Assembly: GCA_963786105.1 (NCBI GenBank)
Contig: CAWAXX010000023.1
Coordinates: 224,001 to 288,000 of the forward strand
Direction: 5' to 3'
DNA: 64,000 nt
Origin: Vulcanimicrobiota bacterium
GTDB taxonomy: Bacteria > Vulcanimicrobiota > Vulcanimicrobiia > Vulcanimicrobiales > Vulcanimicrobiaceae
A model generated the notes under the pieces. That model was not told the origin of the DNA. It ran no database searches and was given only the letters and a program-made list of their open reading frames with translations. Every line of letters begins with the position of its first letter. Positions within the stretch are counted from its first letter, which is position 1. Made by a program: the position numbers and the translations under genes. Positions 19,755 through 30,600 of the stretch are shown here, piece by piece.

Positions 19755-20795
19755 ATGCGGTCTACTTTAAAGATTGTCGCCTCATTTGCGGTCTTCGCTT
19801 TGCTGCCGTTGCAGATCTTGGCGGCAACTTCGGGATCGAGCCCCGCGCCGGCCGGATCGCCTACGCCACCGCCACTCTCGACCGCCGACATCATAAAGGT
19901 CGATTCGATGTTCGCCTGGCTTTCGGGTGGGATTTGGCTTACAGCCGTTATCGCTCTCGGGCTCAGCACCGCCATCTTCTTTTTGTCGCGACGCAAAGAT
20001 CCCGACCACACGCAGGTCGACGACAAGGATCTCGATCGTGCGCGCATCATTTATGGGTTCTGGCTCATCGTCGCCGGCTTGTTCCTGACGCTCGCCGTCG
20101 TGACGCTCACCGTGAACCTTTTCCGCCCACAAAACGTGGGCACCGCCGACATTTTAGCGGTGGTTTCGACGGTGACCGGCATCGTAGGAACGCTGATCGC
20201 GGCGTTCTTCGGCATTCAGGCTGCCGGCGCGGGGAGTTCTCAAGCGCTGACGGCGCTAAAAGAGTCGCGATCGAGCTCGCAGGTCACGAGCCCCACTTGC
20301 AAGATGGACCCGGGGTACGGGCCGCATGCCGGAAACACGCGCGTGTCGGTGACCGGCAACGGCTTCACTGGGGCCAGCGCCGTTAATTTCGGAATGACGT
20401 CGGGCGACAATTTCGAGTTGGTCAACGACGGGCTGGTCCGTAGCACGACGCCGCCGTCGGATCAGAAAGTGAAGAGCGACGTCGACGTCGTCGTGGTTTT
20501 CCCGACTGCCGCCGCCGGTAACATCCCAGTCGGCACGTTTTACTACTACACCGTCGATCCGCCGAGAGGTCCGGTTGCCGGAGGAACGCGGGTAACGATC
20601 ATTGGAACTGGGCTAACGGGAGCGACGGCGGTCAACTTCGGAGCGATTGCCGTTCAGAATCCCGCTCACGACGCCGATGGGAACCTCGTGGTCGATACTC
20701 CCGCTAGCGCGGCGGGATTCGTTGACGTCAGCGTAACCTTCCCCGCCGACTCCCCGACCAATAAATCAACGGTCGGACGGTTCGAGTACGTGTGA
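19755..20795 (+). CDS. Membrane protein with two C-terminal IPT/TIG domains
   Basis: Signal peptide + 3 TM helices; P..GP.AG.TRV.(V/I).G.G(F/L)TGA.AVNFG occurs twice. Confidence 0.85.
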   Translation: MRSTLKIVASFAVFALLPLQILAATSGSSPAPAGSPTPPPLSTADIIKVDSMFAWLSGGIWLTAVIALGLSTAIFFLSRRKDPDHTQVDDKDLDRARIIYGFWLIVAGLFLTLAVVTLTVNLFRPQNVGTADILAVVSTVTGIVGTLIAAFFGIQAAGAGSSQALTALKESRSSSQVTSPTCKMDPGYGPHAGNTRVSVTGNGFTGASAVNFGMTSGDNFELVNDGLVRSTTPPSDQKVKSDVDVVVVFPTAAAGNIPVGTFYYYTVDPPRGPVAGGTRVTIIGTGLTGATAVNFGAIAVQNPAHDADGNLVVDTPASAAGFVDVSVTFPADSPTNKSTVGRFEYV

Positions 20796-20815
20796 GTCGC
20801 AAAGGTTGCTGCAGA

Positions 20816-21271
20816 CTATAGCTTTGCGAAGTAGGAATCGAGATTCTCTTTCGTGGTGGCGAACTGGACTAGTGCGGCCTGTATGTGCTTTCTCAAACTG
20901 GTCAGCAGCGTTCCCTCTACATACTGCTGGAAGACATCGACAGTTGCTGCGCCGTTTGCCGAAATCCACGCAGCGATTTCGCGACGCACGTAGCCGGTAT
21001 AATTGGGGTGAGTACCGTGAAAGCCTACGGCTAAAGCCTCGCCGTTAATCTTGTCGTTGAAGTTCCAACCCATCTTTAAGAGTTCTTTCATTATACCTTG
21101 CTCTTTGAGAATCTCGATCGGGATCAGATGATGCGCTTGGCTTGAATCCAATATATTCATGTTCGTAGCGAGGTTCGCGCGCTTCATAATAGCTTCGGCA
21201 ATCTCCGAGCCGTAGAGCCGCGTTAGCTCCACCCTCATTTCATCCGCGCTGAAGTGCGCTTGTGTTTTCAT
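20816..21271 (-). CDS. AHH-family (HNH/EndoVII) nuclease toxin domain; probably the detached C-terminus of the DUF4157 protein
   Basis: SQAHHLIP, GWNFNDKING, HGTHPNY; locally AT-rich (23/60 G+C at 21061-21120). Confidence 0.85.
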   Translation of the reverse strand: MKTQAHFSADEMRVELTRLYGSEIAEAIMKRANLATNMNILDSSQAHHLIPIEILKEQGIMKELLKMGWNFNDKINGEALAVGFHGTHPNYTGYVRREIAAWISANGAATVDVFQQYVEGTLLTSLRKHIQAALVQFATTKENLDSYFAKL

Positions 21272-21583
21272 GAAGTCGTTACTCTCTTTCGGCTATCTCG
21301 CGAGATTTCTTCATGGAAAGTCTTCTTGGACTGCGAACGGTACCGTTCGCTGGCGCGGAACGCTCTGAGCCACGCGCACTCATCGCTGCGCGGCCGACCC
21401 GCTTTGCTGTCTTCGTCGACGTCCAGTAGGCTTTGCCGGTCCGCCCGGAAGCGGGGTCGCATCTTATTCAAGCCGTCTATGCGCCCATCAATTGAGAACC
21501 GGCGGCCACGTCGATGCGCGCAGAGCAACGGATCGCACCTTTCTCTTGCGACGATAAGTGGTAGGCGAACCGCCACCCGGAGT

Positions 21584-24076
21584 TTATCGCCCGATGGATA
21601 TGATCGGTCCTTCGGTTTCTGTTGACGGCTCGTAACTAGCTCGCGTTGTCGCTTGTATTGTGCCTTGTCGCTCCAAGTGTCGCGCGGATTTGGTCGGGTG
21701 ACAGCGGCGGGTCGCGAGCAAGTTGGGTGGCGGCGCTGAACGCCGGCTTGTATAGTCGGTCTTCTTCTGCTCGGCCGTCCTTTCGTCAGGTTTGTCGCCC
21801 TTACCGAAGATCTTCGCAAACAGCTTCTTGGCTGAGCCGACGATCCAATCGACCACTTTCTCCAGTGCTTTGTCGACGGTGTCGCGCACTTTGCCGATGA
21901 TGGCCATTACCTTGTCGGAGATCTTGCCGAGGCCGAGGAAGCCCGCGAGGAAGCTGATGGCGAGCGTGATTAAGCCGGCTAAGACACTTTCCACTTTCTT
22001 GGCGGCGCCGCCGATCGCGCCGGCGGCAATCTCCATCATCGAATCGAGAAATGCCGTCGCGACTTGAATGATCTTGCTCAGCTTCGATACGAACACCATG
22101 ATCGTGTCGTAGATCGAGATGATCGCCTGGATGAAGGCGCCGCCGGGGATGAGCAAGCTGATGACTTTCTCGACCGCCTTCTTGACGATCGTCGTCACCA
22201 CGAAATCCATGATGCCGGAAATGACCGTGTCTTTCAGGCTGCTGAGCTGTTCTTTGATCTTGTCCCAGGCTGCAGCAGGACCGTCTTTGACGAGCGTAAC
22301 GACGATGTCGAAGCCGGTCTCCATGGCCTTTACGGCAGGCTCGCCGACCGCCTTGACGAGCTTTTGTCGAACGTTCTGCCAGGTCAGCGAGAGCACCGAA
22401 AGCACGAACATCACGATTTCACGGAGATCGAACGACTTTGGCAAGTAAACGCCGGTGAGCGTGCCGGTGAGCCACTCGATGAACGCTGCTTTTAGGTGCG
22501 CGCCGATGTTGTCGGCAAACTGCTGGAAGCCGAGCTTGCCGGCCTTTACCAAGTTGCCAACGAATCCGATCGGATTCTTGAGAATCGATCTGAACGCACC
22601 GCCGATTTTCTTGAGGTACGGAATCGCGCCGGGCGCAACGACCTCAAAAATGATCTGGAGCAAATTCCAGACGGCGTTGCCGGCCCAACTGATGAACTTT
22701 CCAATGAAGTCGCCGAAGACCGTTCCAATTTTCTTGAACGCTCGCGGTAGCAGGATAATGTCTTCAAGGACGAGCGACTTGACCGCCTCAATGAAGAGCG
22801 CGGGTATCTGGCTTACGAAAGAGAACAGCGTCGCGACGTTCGTCTTGAACCAAGCCGATACGCGCGAAATGGCGTTCGCCTTTTTGACGTTGGCCCATAG
22901 CTCTTCCTCGCCGATGAGCTTCATTAGGCCGCCAAGGATGGCTTCCGCGTCTGACGGCACTTTCTCCCCGGTGATCGGATTCTTCCCCATCACTGCAATC
23001 AGGAGATCCCAGCCGCGGGTTTGCGAGGCGAGCTCGGCCAGGGGCATCAGGATGGCATCTTTTACGAACTTGATGATTCCGTCAGCGAGGCCGACGACGA
23101 AGTTTTTGATCCGGTCGATCGGGTCCGTAAAGATCTTTTTGGCACGTTCCCAAACGTCGTCAAGATTCCAAATATCCGAAAGGTGAAGGGAGTCGATGAA
23201 TTTGGTCAGACTGGCTTTGATCGATCCACCGACTAAGGCCAGGGTCGCCAGCTGTTGGTCGACCCACGTTCCTACTTTATCGAAGACACCGTACTTATCG
23301 AGGGCTTGCGTGATGAGCGCTCCGCCGGGAATGAACTCGACGACGGCGCGCATGATGTTCGCGGGGCTTCGCTCGACCCGGCTCATATTGACCGGATTGA
23401 CACCGAGCACGATCGTGAACATCCGGAATCCAGGAATTAGGTTGGCCTTGTCGGCAACCCAATCGAGTGCGTCGCTCAGGCCGAACCGCTGGACGATCGG
23501 CCCGCTAACGCGCTCGGTGACCGTGAACTTTTCGCCGCGCAACACGGCCGCGGAAGCGCGATGAGCCTCGCGTTCGAATGCATCGAAGCGGTCTGATCCC
23601 CAATGCTGAAGCACCGGCGCATGCTGTTGTTGGATGACGTGTGCGGCTTCGTGTGAGACGAGGCCGAGATCGGTCGGTTTCTCGCCCGTACGAAGAGAGA
23701 TGAGAGAGCCGTACGTGGACGCCCGTACTTTGCGGATGTCGTAAGCCTCGCCCGCCTTATCGCCAGTATGAATTGTAACGCCGGCAAGGTTTACAGAAAG
23801 GCTGTGCTCGATTGCCTCCCGCACGTGCGGTGGCAATGGTTGACCGCCGGGCACCGTCGAGGTCGGGACGGGCACGAACGGCACCGGAACCACGCTCGGA
23901 CGTGCGGTCGTATCGAACGGCATCGGTACCGTGCGTTCGCGGGCGTACTGCGGGAGCTCGGACGCAGTTTTCGGCGATGCGGACGTTTCCACCGGCTTCG
24001 GTTTATCGTGCTTTACCGCCGGTGCAGGTATCGGAACCGGTGCGGCCGGCTTGGGCGCGACGCTGGGAGCTGGCAT
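21584..24076 (-). CDS. DUF4157 (eCIS core, HExxH metallopeptidase-like) cargo protein with long helical stalk; C-terminus frameshifted
   Basis: GQPLP...VTIHTG...LVSHEAAHVIQQ; long amphipathic helical region; reading becomes garbled after DERTAEQKKTD (~21750). Confidence 0.88.
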   Translation of the reverse strand: MPAPSVAPKPAAPVPIPAPAVKHDKPKPVETSASPKTASELPQYARERTVPMPFDTTARPSVVPVPFVPVPTSTVPGGQPLPPHVREAIEHSLSVNLAGVTIHTGDKAGEAYDIRKVRASTYGSLISLRTGEKPTDLGLVSHEAAHVIQQQHAPVLQHWGSDRFDAFEREAHRASAAVLRGEKFTVTERVSGPIVQRFGLSDALDWVADKANLIPGFRMFTIVLGVNPVNMSRVERSPANIMRAVVEFIPGGALITQALDKYGVFDKVGTWVDQQLATLALVGGSIKASLTKFIDSLHLSDIWNLDDVWERAKKIFTDPIDRIKNFVVGLADGIIKFVKDAILMPLAELASQTRGWDLLIAVMGKNPITGEKVPSDAEAILGGLMKLIGEEELWANVKKANAISRVSAWFKTNVATLFSFVSQIPALFIEAVKSLVLEDIILLPRAFKKIGTVFGDFIGKFISWAGNAVWNLLQIIFEVVAPGAIPYLKKIGGAFRSILKNPIGFVGNLVKAGKLGFQQFADNIGAHLKAAFIEWLTGTLTGVYLPKSFDLREIVMFVLSVLSLTWQNVRQKLVKAVGEPAVKAMETGFDIVVTLVKDGPAAAWDKIKEQLSSLKDTVISGIMDFVVTTIVKKAVEKVISLLIPGGAFIQAIISIYDTIMVFVSKLSKIIQVATAFLDSMMEIAAGAIGGAAKKVESVLAGLITLAISFLAGFLGLGKISDKVMAIIGKVRDTVDKALEKVVDWIVGSAKKLFAKIFGKGDKPDERTAEQKKTDYTSRRSAPPPNLLATRRCHPTKSARHLERQGTIQATTRASYEPSTETEGPIISIGR

Positions 24077-24084
24077 GACGCGTT

Positions 24085-26058
24085 CTAACCGGAATCCGGC
24101 GCTTTGCCGTTGGACCTCAGTTCGCTCGGCAGCTGGCGGCTCACCTTAGCATATTCGCTCGACACTCCGACGACCAAATGCCGGTATGCGATGGTTTCAC
24201 CGTCTTTTGCGGCAGCCACGGCTGCACGCAACACGGCATTGCGAATCTGCCCGCCCGAGAGCTCGCCGATCGCGGCGAGCGAGTTCACATGCGCGGCGCT
24301 CACGGCGTGATCGCTACCGAGGTGCGCCCACCACAGCGCTCGGCGCTCTTCCGGACCAGGCGACGGGAAGCTGAGAATTGCATCGAAACGCCGCGAGAAC
24401 GCCGCGTCGAGGCGACCGCGTCCGTTGCTCGTTAATACCGTAATTCCGTCGTAGCTCTCCATGCGCTGCAACAAGTAGTTGGTCTGCGCATTGGCAAAGC
24501 GATCGTTGGAATCGTGGATATCGGTCCGCTTTCCAAACAGCGAATCCGCTTCGTCGAAGAGCAGCAAAACTTCGTTCTGTTCGGCACGCGCAAGAAGCTG
24601 GCTGAGATTTTTTTCCGTCTCACCGATGTATTTTGACGTGATTGCGGAAAGGTCGACGCGGCAAAGTGGAAGACCAAGTCTGGTGGCAAGCCAGGCGGCG
24701 GCGAGCGTTTTGCCGGTTCCCGAAGGACCGACGAAAAGCGCGCGCACCGACGGACGATACCGCGCCCGAATCGACGGGCCCAGCGATTCGGCAAAGCGTT
24801 CGCGCAGGCGGCAGCGCACGACCAGCGATTCGAGTTCCTCGCGCAACGCTTTCGGAACCACCAGCGCTTCGTCGCCGACGTCGTCGGGAATGACTTCCGC
24901 TAGGGCGGCTAGGCCGGCCGGTGCGTCGCGACGAGCAACGGCGGCGACGTCTTCGTAGCACGCGAGTTTCCCGTCAGGGACTTCCTCGTTCACCTTGCCG
25001 GCAAGGACGGCGATTCTGCCGGCCGTATGGCGATGCTCGCACGCGATTCGCTTCGCAAGGTCACGATTGGCGACGTGCGCGTCCCAGAGCTCCTCTCGCT
25101 CGACCGGCGTGGGAACGTCTAATCGCCATTCGAACAATGCGCGATGGTCGGATTCGAAGTCTCCGTCCGGTCCGCTCAAGATGACGGTAGGCCCGGAAAA
25201 ACACGGTATGGACGGCACCGGCTTACGCTCGCCCGGAGTCAGCCACTGAGTAAAGACTGGAACGATTCCATTTAAAAATAGCCAAGGCGCCATGCCGGCG
25301 AGCCGCTCGGTGTAGACGAGCGCGGGCTGTGCCCCCAGAGCCGAGCAGACGCGTGCGGCAGCCGCACGTGCTTCCGGAACGTCGCCGCTGCGAATCACCA
25401 GGACTGCGCTTGGTAGTGCGGTGAGTCGCTTGCCAAATGCGCTCGCCTGCAGTTCGGCAGTCCTGCCGAGTGGAATCGCCGAACTTTCGTGCGAAACGAC
25501 GGACGTGCCGGGCCACTCGCAGGTTACGCCCTGTAGCGCGAGGCCGTTGGAAACCGGAACGCGGATGTGCCGCTCGGGCAGTGGCGATTCGTCGTCGGAA
25601 AGTAATAACAGACCGCAGCGCACGGCTCGGCCCTGCGCGATCGCGTGCACGGCGCTCGTACCGCTATCTTCGCCGTAGGCCTGGGCCAGTAACCCCACCG
25701 TAGGCCGGCTAAGCGAAAGCGGTTGCTGCAAATGCGCAAGCAAATGGCTTGCTAACACGTCCTCTTCGACTGCGGCCGCCAAGCGGACCGACAGGGTCTC
25801 GGTTGCCGTTAACCCGAATTCGTTCGTGGCAGCAAAGAGCGGTCGGTCAACGGCGCGCGGTTTGCGCGCATATTCTGCAAAAGCGCATAGCAATTGCATT
25901 CGGCTGCCGTCGAATCCCCGCGCGCCCGCATCGAGGCGATCGCGCAGGCGCTGATCGAGCGACGTACACGAAGCCGCAAGACGCGCAAGACCCGCCAGTA
26001 CGAAGCCGTACGCTGTGAGGCCGTTATCGAACGCCATCGCGCCGGCTGGTTTTAGCAC
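24085..26058 (-). CDS. AAA+ ATPase, Afp15/Pvc15-like
   Basis: Walker A GPSGTGKT, VDLS..TSKYIGETEKNL, Walker B LLFDEADSLFGKRT, DRFANAQTNYLLQRME. Confidence 0.93.
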   Translation of the reverse strand: MLKPAGAMAFDNGLTAYGFVLAGLARLAASCTSLDQRLRDRLDAGARGFDGSRMQLLCAFAEYARKPRAVDRPLFAATNEFGLTATETLSVRLAAAVEEDVLASHLLAHLQQPLSLSRPTVGLLAQAYGEDSGTSAVHAIAQGRAVRCGLLLLSDDESPLPERHIRVPVSNGLALQGVTCEWPGTSVVSHESSAIPLGRTAELQASAFGKRLTALPSAVLVIRSGDVPEARAAAARVCSALGAQPALVYTERLAGMAPWLFLNGIVPVFTQWLTPGERKPVPSIPCFSGPTVILSGPDGDFESDHRALFEWRLDVPTPVEREELWDAHVANRDLAKRIACEHRHTAGRIAVLAGKVNEEVPDGKLACYEDVAAVARRDAPAGLAALAEVIPDDVGDEALVVPKALREELESLVVRCRLRERFAESLGPSIRARYRPSVRALFVGPSGTGKTLAAAWLATRLGLPLCRVDLSAITSKYIGETEKNLSQLLARAEQNEVLLLFDEADSLFGKRTDIHDSNDRFANAQTNYLLQRMESYDGITVLTSNGRGRLDAAFSRRFDAILSFPSPGPEERRALWWAHLGSDHAVSAAHVNSLAAIGELSGGQIRNAVLRAAVAAAKDGETIAYRHLVVGVSSEYAKVSRQLPSELRSNGKAPDSG

Positions 26059-26073
26059 GGCGGCACGCCCGGA

Positions 26074-27603
26074 TTACTGACGTGCATAACCGTCCTGCGT
26101 ATAGTGGAAGCGCACGACGCGGCCGAACCATGGGGTCCACCCCGGGTCGATGTCTAAACCGGCGCGGCGAATGCGGATATCGGCACTGTCGAGCGGCATC
26201 GTCACGTCGAGCTCGGTTCGGCTCACGGTGATGCGTCCGCGTCGAAACACAATCGCGCGCACGCCGAGCCTGCCGGCACGCCGGCACCAGCGGCGCACGG
26301 CCGCGTACCAGGCCCGCAGCAACGCCTCGTCGTTAGGCCAAGGAGTTTGACGCGATTCACGATAGGCGTCGATTTCGGCTTCAAGAAGCCGGACGGAGGG
26401 ATCGAGTGGATCGATGCGAGCTTTCGCCGCCAGATGCACGAGCACACGTGCAACGAACGCGTTTTCCGACAGCGCCGGCCGTTCGTGCAGGAAGCGCACG
26501 ATTCCCAGTCGTGCGATAACATTCAACAGGAAGAATAAGCCGGCCGCCGTCGTCTCGACGCCTTGAAGCTTACGCGGAGCGTCGATGGCAAGCGATGAAT
26601 CTTGCGTCTCGCGTACGACCTGGAGTTTCGGCGCCAAAACGGTCTCTGAGGGCGCGGCCTCGCGGGTGCGGCTCGCGACTTCGCCTCGAGCTACGGCGGG
26701 CGGCCCGTCTTCCGGAAGGGCCCGCGGCTGTTCTTCAAATGCGATCGTCCAAATCGGGCCGAGTGCATTCGCGCGGGTGCGCCCCGCGATTGACTCGCGG
26801 AGCCTGCGTGCCGAGAGCAGCCGCAGCGTCGCCAGCGCGCGCGACAGGACGTCGTGCGACCTCAACGTGCCGGGCGACGCGAAATAAACGGCGAGAGCGG
26901 CGAGCCACGTCGTCCGCGGATCGGAACTTCCGAGGGTGTGCGTAGCGCGAGCGAGCGTCATTTCCAGCTGTGAAGAAAGGCGGACCACCGGCGCTGCAGA
27001 ATCGGCGGCGCCGAGGTCGCCCATCTCGCGCAGCCATGCCTCCGCAGCACCGGCGGGAATCTCTTCCAACAAGCGGACCGCTTCGCCCGAGTCAAGCGCC
27101 GTAAATACTGCCTGCGCGACGCGGATCCAGGAGTGCGGCTCTTGCCGAAGCTCTTCCACAATAGCAACGATCTGTCTGCGCCCTTCGAGCACCGTCGCGC
27201 CATCAGCGATCAGCGCCCAATACCATTCGCGTTGCGGTTCGCGGCGAACCGTCCTGCGCAGCAGCGCCTCGAGTGCTTCTTGCCGACTGTCGAAATAGAC
27301 GGCATCCGCCGAGGACGCGCGCCAATCGGAACCGTGAACCGCGCTGGCCGCATGTCGATAGAGAACGCGCTGCAACTGCTCGTGCCAAATTGCCCGGGTA
27401 CCGTCGGCAGGCACGCCATTCAAGACGACACGCCGAAAATAGTAGGCGCGGCCCTCCGGCTCGCCCGGCAAGTGAACGAGACGCAAAGCGTCGGTGAGCG
27501 CAAACTCGGCCCGGGGTGCGAGGGTTCGGTCCCGCAGGCGTAGCCGGCAGCGCTGCACTCGGCGGTCGCCGCGATCCCATCGCTTAGTGCTCCAAGACGG
27601 CAC
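26074..27603 (-). CDS. Putative CIS tape-measure-like protein (Afp14-like)
   Basis: Lies just upstream of the ATPase; Ala/Arg/Leu helical; TAAGLFFLLNV and terminal RRAGLDIDPGWTPWFGRVVRFHY; start uncertain (GTG 27603, or ATG 27580 with one extra G). Confidence 0.65.
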   Translation of the reverse strand: MPSWSTKRWDRGDRRVQRCRLRLRDRTLAPRAEFALTDALRLVHLPGEPEGRAYYFRRVVLNGVPADGTRAIWHEQLQRVLYRHAASAVHGSDWRASSADAVYFDSRQEALEALLRRTVRREPQREWYWALIADGATVLEGRRQIVAIVEELRQEPHSWIRVAQAVFTALDSGEAVRLLEEIPAGAAEAWLREMGDLGAADSAAPVVRLSSQLEMTLARATHTLGSSDPRTTWLAALAVYFASPGTLRSHDVLSRALATLRLLSARRLRESIAGRTRANALGPIWTIAFEEQPRALPEDGPPAVARGEVASRTREAAPSETVLAPKLQVVRETQDSSLAIDAPRKLQGVETTAAGLFFLLNVIARLGIVRFLHERPALSENAFVARVLVHLAAKARIDPLDPSVRLLEAEIDAYRESRQTPWPNDEALLRAWYAAVRRWCRRAGRLGVRAIVFRRGRITVSRTELDVTMPLDSADIRIRRAGLDIDPGWTPWFGRVVRFHYTQDGYARQ

Positions 27604-27613
27604 GGATAAACCC

Positions 27614-30600
27614 TTACACCGTGAAGGCGCGCATTGCGACGGCCTGCGGCCGTTGCGTGGTGAAGTGGGCGACGTCGTTGGCTTCGAGGAAGGCACCGGG
27701 CGTGTGAACGGCGGTGACCGTCGCCGAAACGCTGGTGTGGTCCAAATCGCTGACGACCGCTTCGGCGGCGAGGTTCCCCTTCGAGAACAACTGTACGTAC
27801 ATGCCGGCGGCAACGCGCGTAGACGGCAGGTTCAGCGTGACGGTGTTGCCGACCGAGGGTTGCGTACGCAGCGTGACGGCGCCCGCGATGACGTCGTTGA
27901 CCGGTGCGTGGCTCGCGAGCAGAATGCAGACGCGCGTGACGTCGCTCATATATGCCAAGGCGTCGGGATTGGCCCCATCGATCTGAGCGAAAAGCCAGTC
28001 TACGAGGAGTTGCATTTGCTGCCGGTCCGCGTAGGGCTGCGCGTTCCAATTCGGCAGCACCGCTAAGTTTTGCAGACGGATCGTAAGACCCGGCCCACGC
28101 AGAAACTCAGCCCACGCCAAACGATCCACTGGCAACGCGGAATTTGCGCGCGCGTAGAGGCAGCCGGCGACGCTCGAAATCTGCTGCTGGATGCGCGAAA
28201 CTGCGCTGGCGGTTTCGGCGTTGACGGTTTGAGAGGACGCGAGGTCGGCGATCGTGGTCACGGCGGACACCGCGCTGACTTGCGAACTCCAACTCAGGCC
28301 GGCCAAGCTCTCGGGTACGATCGACGTACGCATGGTCTGAAAACTGCGCACGGCTTGCTGGTTCGCCTGGTAGATGCTTGCGATCGCGGGTCCGTACACG
28401 CTTGGCGCCAGCAAAGCCGACGACGCGACTTGCGGCATGCTGAGCTGCAGCGACGCGCGCGCCCGCGTGCCGAAGGCGATCTGCTGGAGCAGAATCGGGC
28501 GCCGCAGGCTCGATACCAGTGCCGAAACCGACGGCAACCAGGTCACCGGAACTTCATGCAAAAGCGCTACTATCTCGCTCAACTCGGGTGGCACGGCGAT
28601 GGCTTGTTGCAGGCACGTGGGTACGGGGCTTACGATGTTCCCGGGGACCAGCTGGCGGCTGGGAACGTTGTCTTCGATTTCGAGCGTGCGAGGCCGCGTG
28701 TAGACGACCACTTGCACCGACGTCGCGAGAATTTGGCGGCGCCGATCGTTGACGTCGTTCACGCGCAGCTGCTCGTCGGCTAGCAAGGACGTGGTAAACG
28801 CAACGTCTTGGCGCGCTTGGGCAAGCTGGTTTTCCAATTGCGAGAGCGTGCTTTGGGCGCGTTGCACGCCGTTGCGCACGTTTCCGATCGCGGTAGTGCA
28901 CAGGTTGACGAAATCGACGTACGTCTGCACGCGCGCTTCCAGCAATCGCAAGAGTTGGGTGTGCTGCTCGAGCACGCGAACCCCGCTCGAGAACAAGCCG
29001 GCTTCGTCGCTGTTGGTCATCACGAACGGCGTTTGAATGCGATTGAAAACGGTGGAGCGCGTAACCGTGTCGCGCCACTCGGCAAAAAAGTGCGACTCGG
29101 TCGGGATCGGCGCATTTGCCGGCGGAGCGGTCGTCTCGGCAGCGTCGACCAGCAACTGAAGGTCGTCGATGGTGATCTCCAGCTCGAGCAGAATCTGCAT
29201 AAACCCTATGCGATTGCCAACCGCGTAGAAGAGACTCTCCTGCGAGGGCGATTGCGCCAGGCGTTCGGCAACGGTGATGGTGCGAATGTCCAACTGGGCG
29301 CCCACGATTGGCGACTGCGCGGTCACCTCGCTGGTCGCCGGCTCGGGCGAAACGGCGGGCCGGAATTCGGAAGAGATCGGCGTGAAGCGCGGCACGTCTT
29401 CCCCAGTGTCGAAAAAGATCGGGCGCGGCGCGCTGGTTTGAACGGCGCTCGCTTGAACTGCGGAGAACGCGGAGGACGATGCCGTTGGGACGATCGTTAC
29501 TTTTTGCGCGCCGGCGAGAGCCGACGCCGAGGCCGGAGTGCTCGCAGCAGCGGCGGCCGCCGACTGTTGTTGGAAGGCGATGTTGGACGTAACGCGGCTG
29601 CTGGACGCGAACGACGGTTGTATGGAGACCGCCCGTTCACCGGCGAACCCTTCGGATATTCCGGCCGCGCCGCCGATGGAAGCGGGGCCTCCGCCGGCGG
29701 GCGTCGACGTTTGGATCGATGCGAAATAATCTTTGAGATTTTGCGCGGTGGCGCTCGCCGTCACGCCGGTGGCGATGTTCGCTAAGATCGGCGAAGTCGC
29801 AAGCCGTGAAGCGTCGGTCGCCCCCAAAACGTTTTGCCGGAAACGATAGATATCGGTTTGCGTCGTGAGGAAGGCGAGATCGATCAAATCGTTCGCTCTT
29901 TTGATCTTTGCGTTGAGGCGATCGATGAAGTGCTGCAATCCAAAGTTTGCGAGATCGTCCCAGTCGTCGGCGTCGATCAACGGAATTTGCGAGCGACTGC
30001 CCGCTAGCAGGGACCAGTTCACGCTGCCGTCGGGGGTCGCGGTGGCCGCAGCCGTGCTCCAGGCCGGTGCCGTCGCGCCTGACGTTCCCGCAGTCTGCAC
30101 GACTTGTAGGCTGCCGTTTGAATCAGTGACGATTTGACCTATAGCGAAGTTCGTATTTGCTTGCCAGGCCGGCCACGAAACCGTGTACGGAGCTCTGCTG
30201 GCGACCGTTTCCAGCGTTTGCAAATCGATCGACGTCCAGACCTGCGCCATCCAAGTCACCGCGCCGTCGGTAGTCGTTCCTCCCGCGAGTGCGTTCCAGG
30301 CCGGCGCGGTGGCGCCCGAATTTCCGGGCACGGTGACGGTTTGGAGATTCCCGTTCGAATCGACGACGAACTGCCCGACCGCATATGCGGTATTTGCCTG
30401 CCAGACTCCAGCCGCGGCATTGAGCCACGCGACGGTTCCATCGTTGCTCGTCGTTCCGCCGACGGTCGCGTTCCATATCAACTGCGTCGCGCCCGACGTG
30501 CCGGCGCGATCGAGTGCCTGTACGTTGCCGTTTGAATCGACGAAGAACTGGCCGGCGCGATACGCCACGCCACGCGCCCACAAGGTCGGCGGACCGTGAT

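Noticed and set aside
21254..21625. Plus-strand 123-aa ORF as immunity gene
   Set aside because: Antisense to the scrambled toxin linker, Arg/Ser-rich, no RBS or recognisable fold
27604..27813. N-terminal extension of the 579-aa ORF
   Set aside because: Overlaps the 3' end of the 1666-aa gene in another frame
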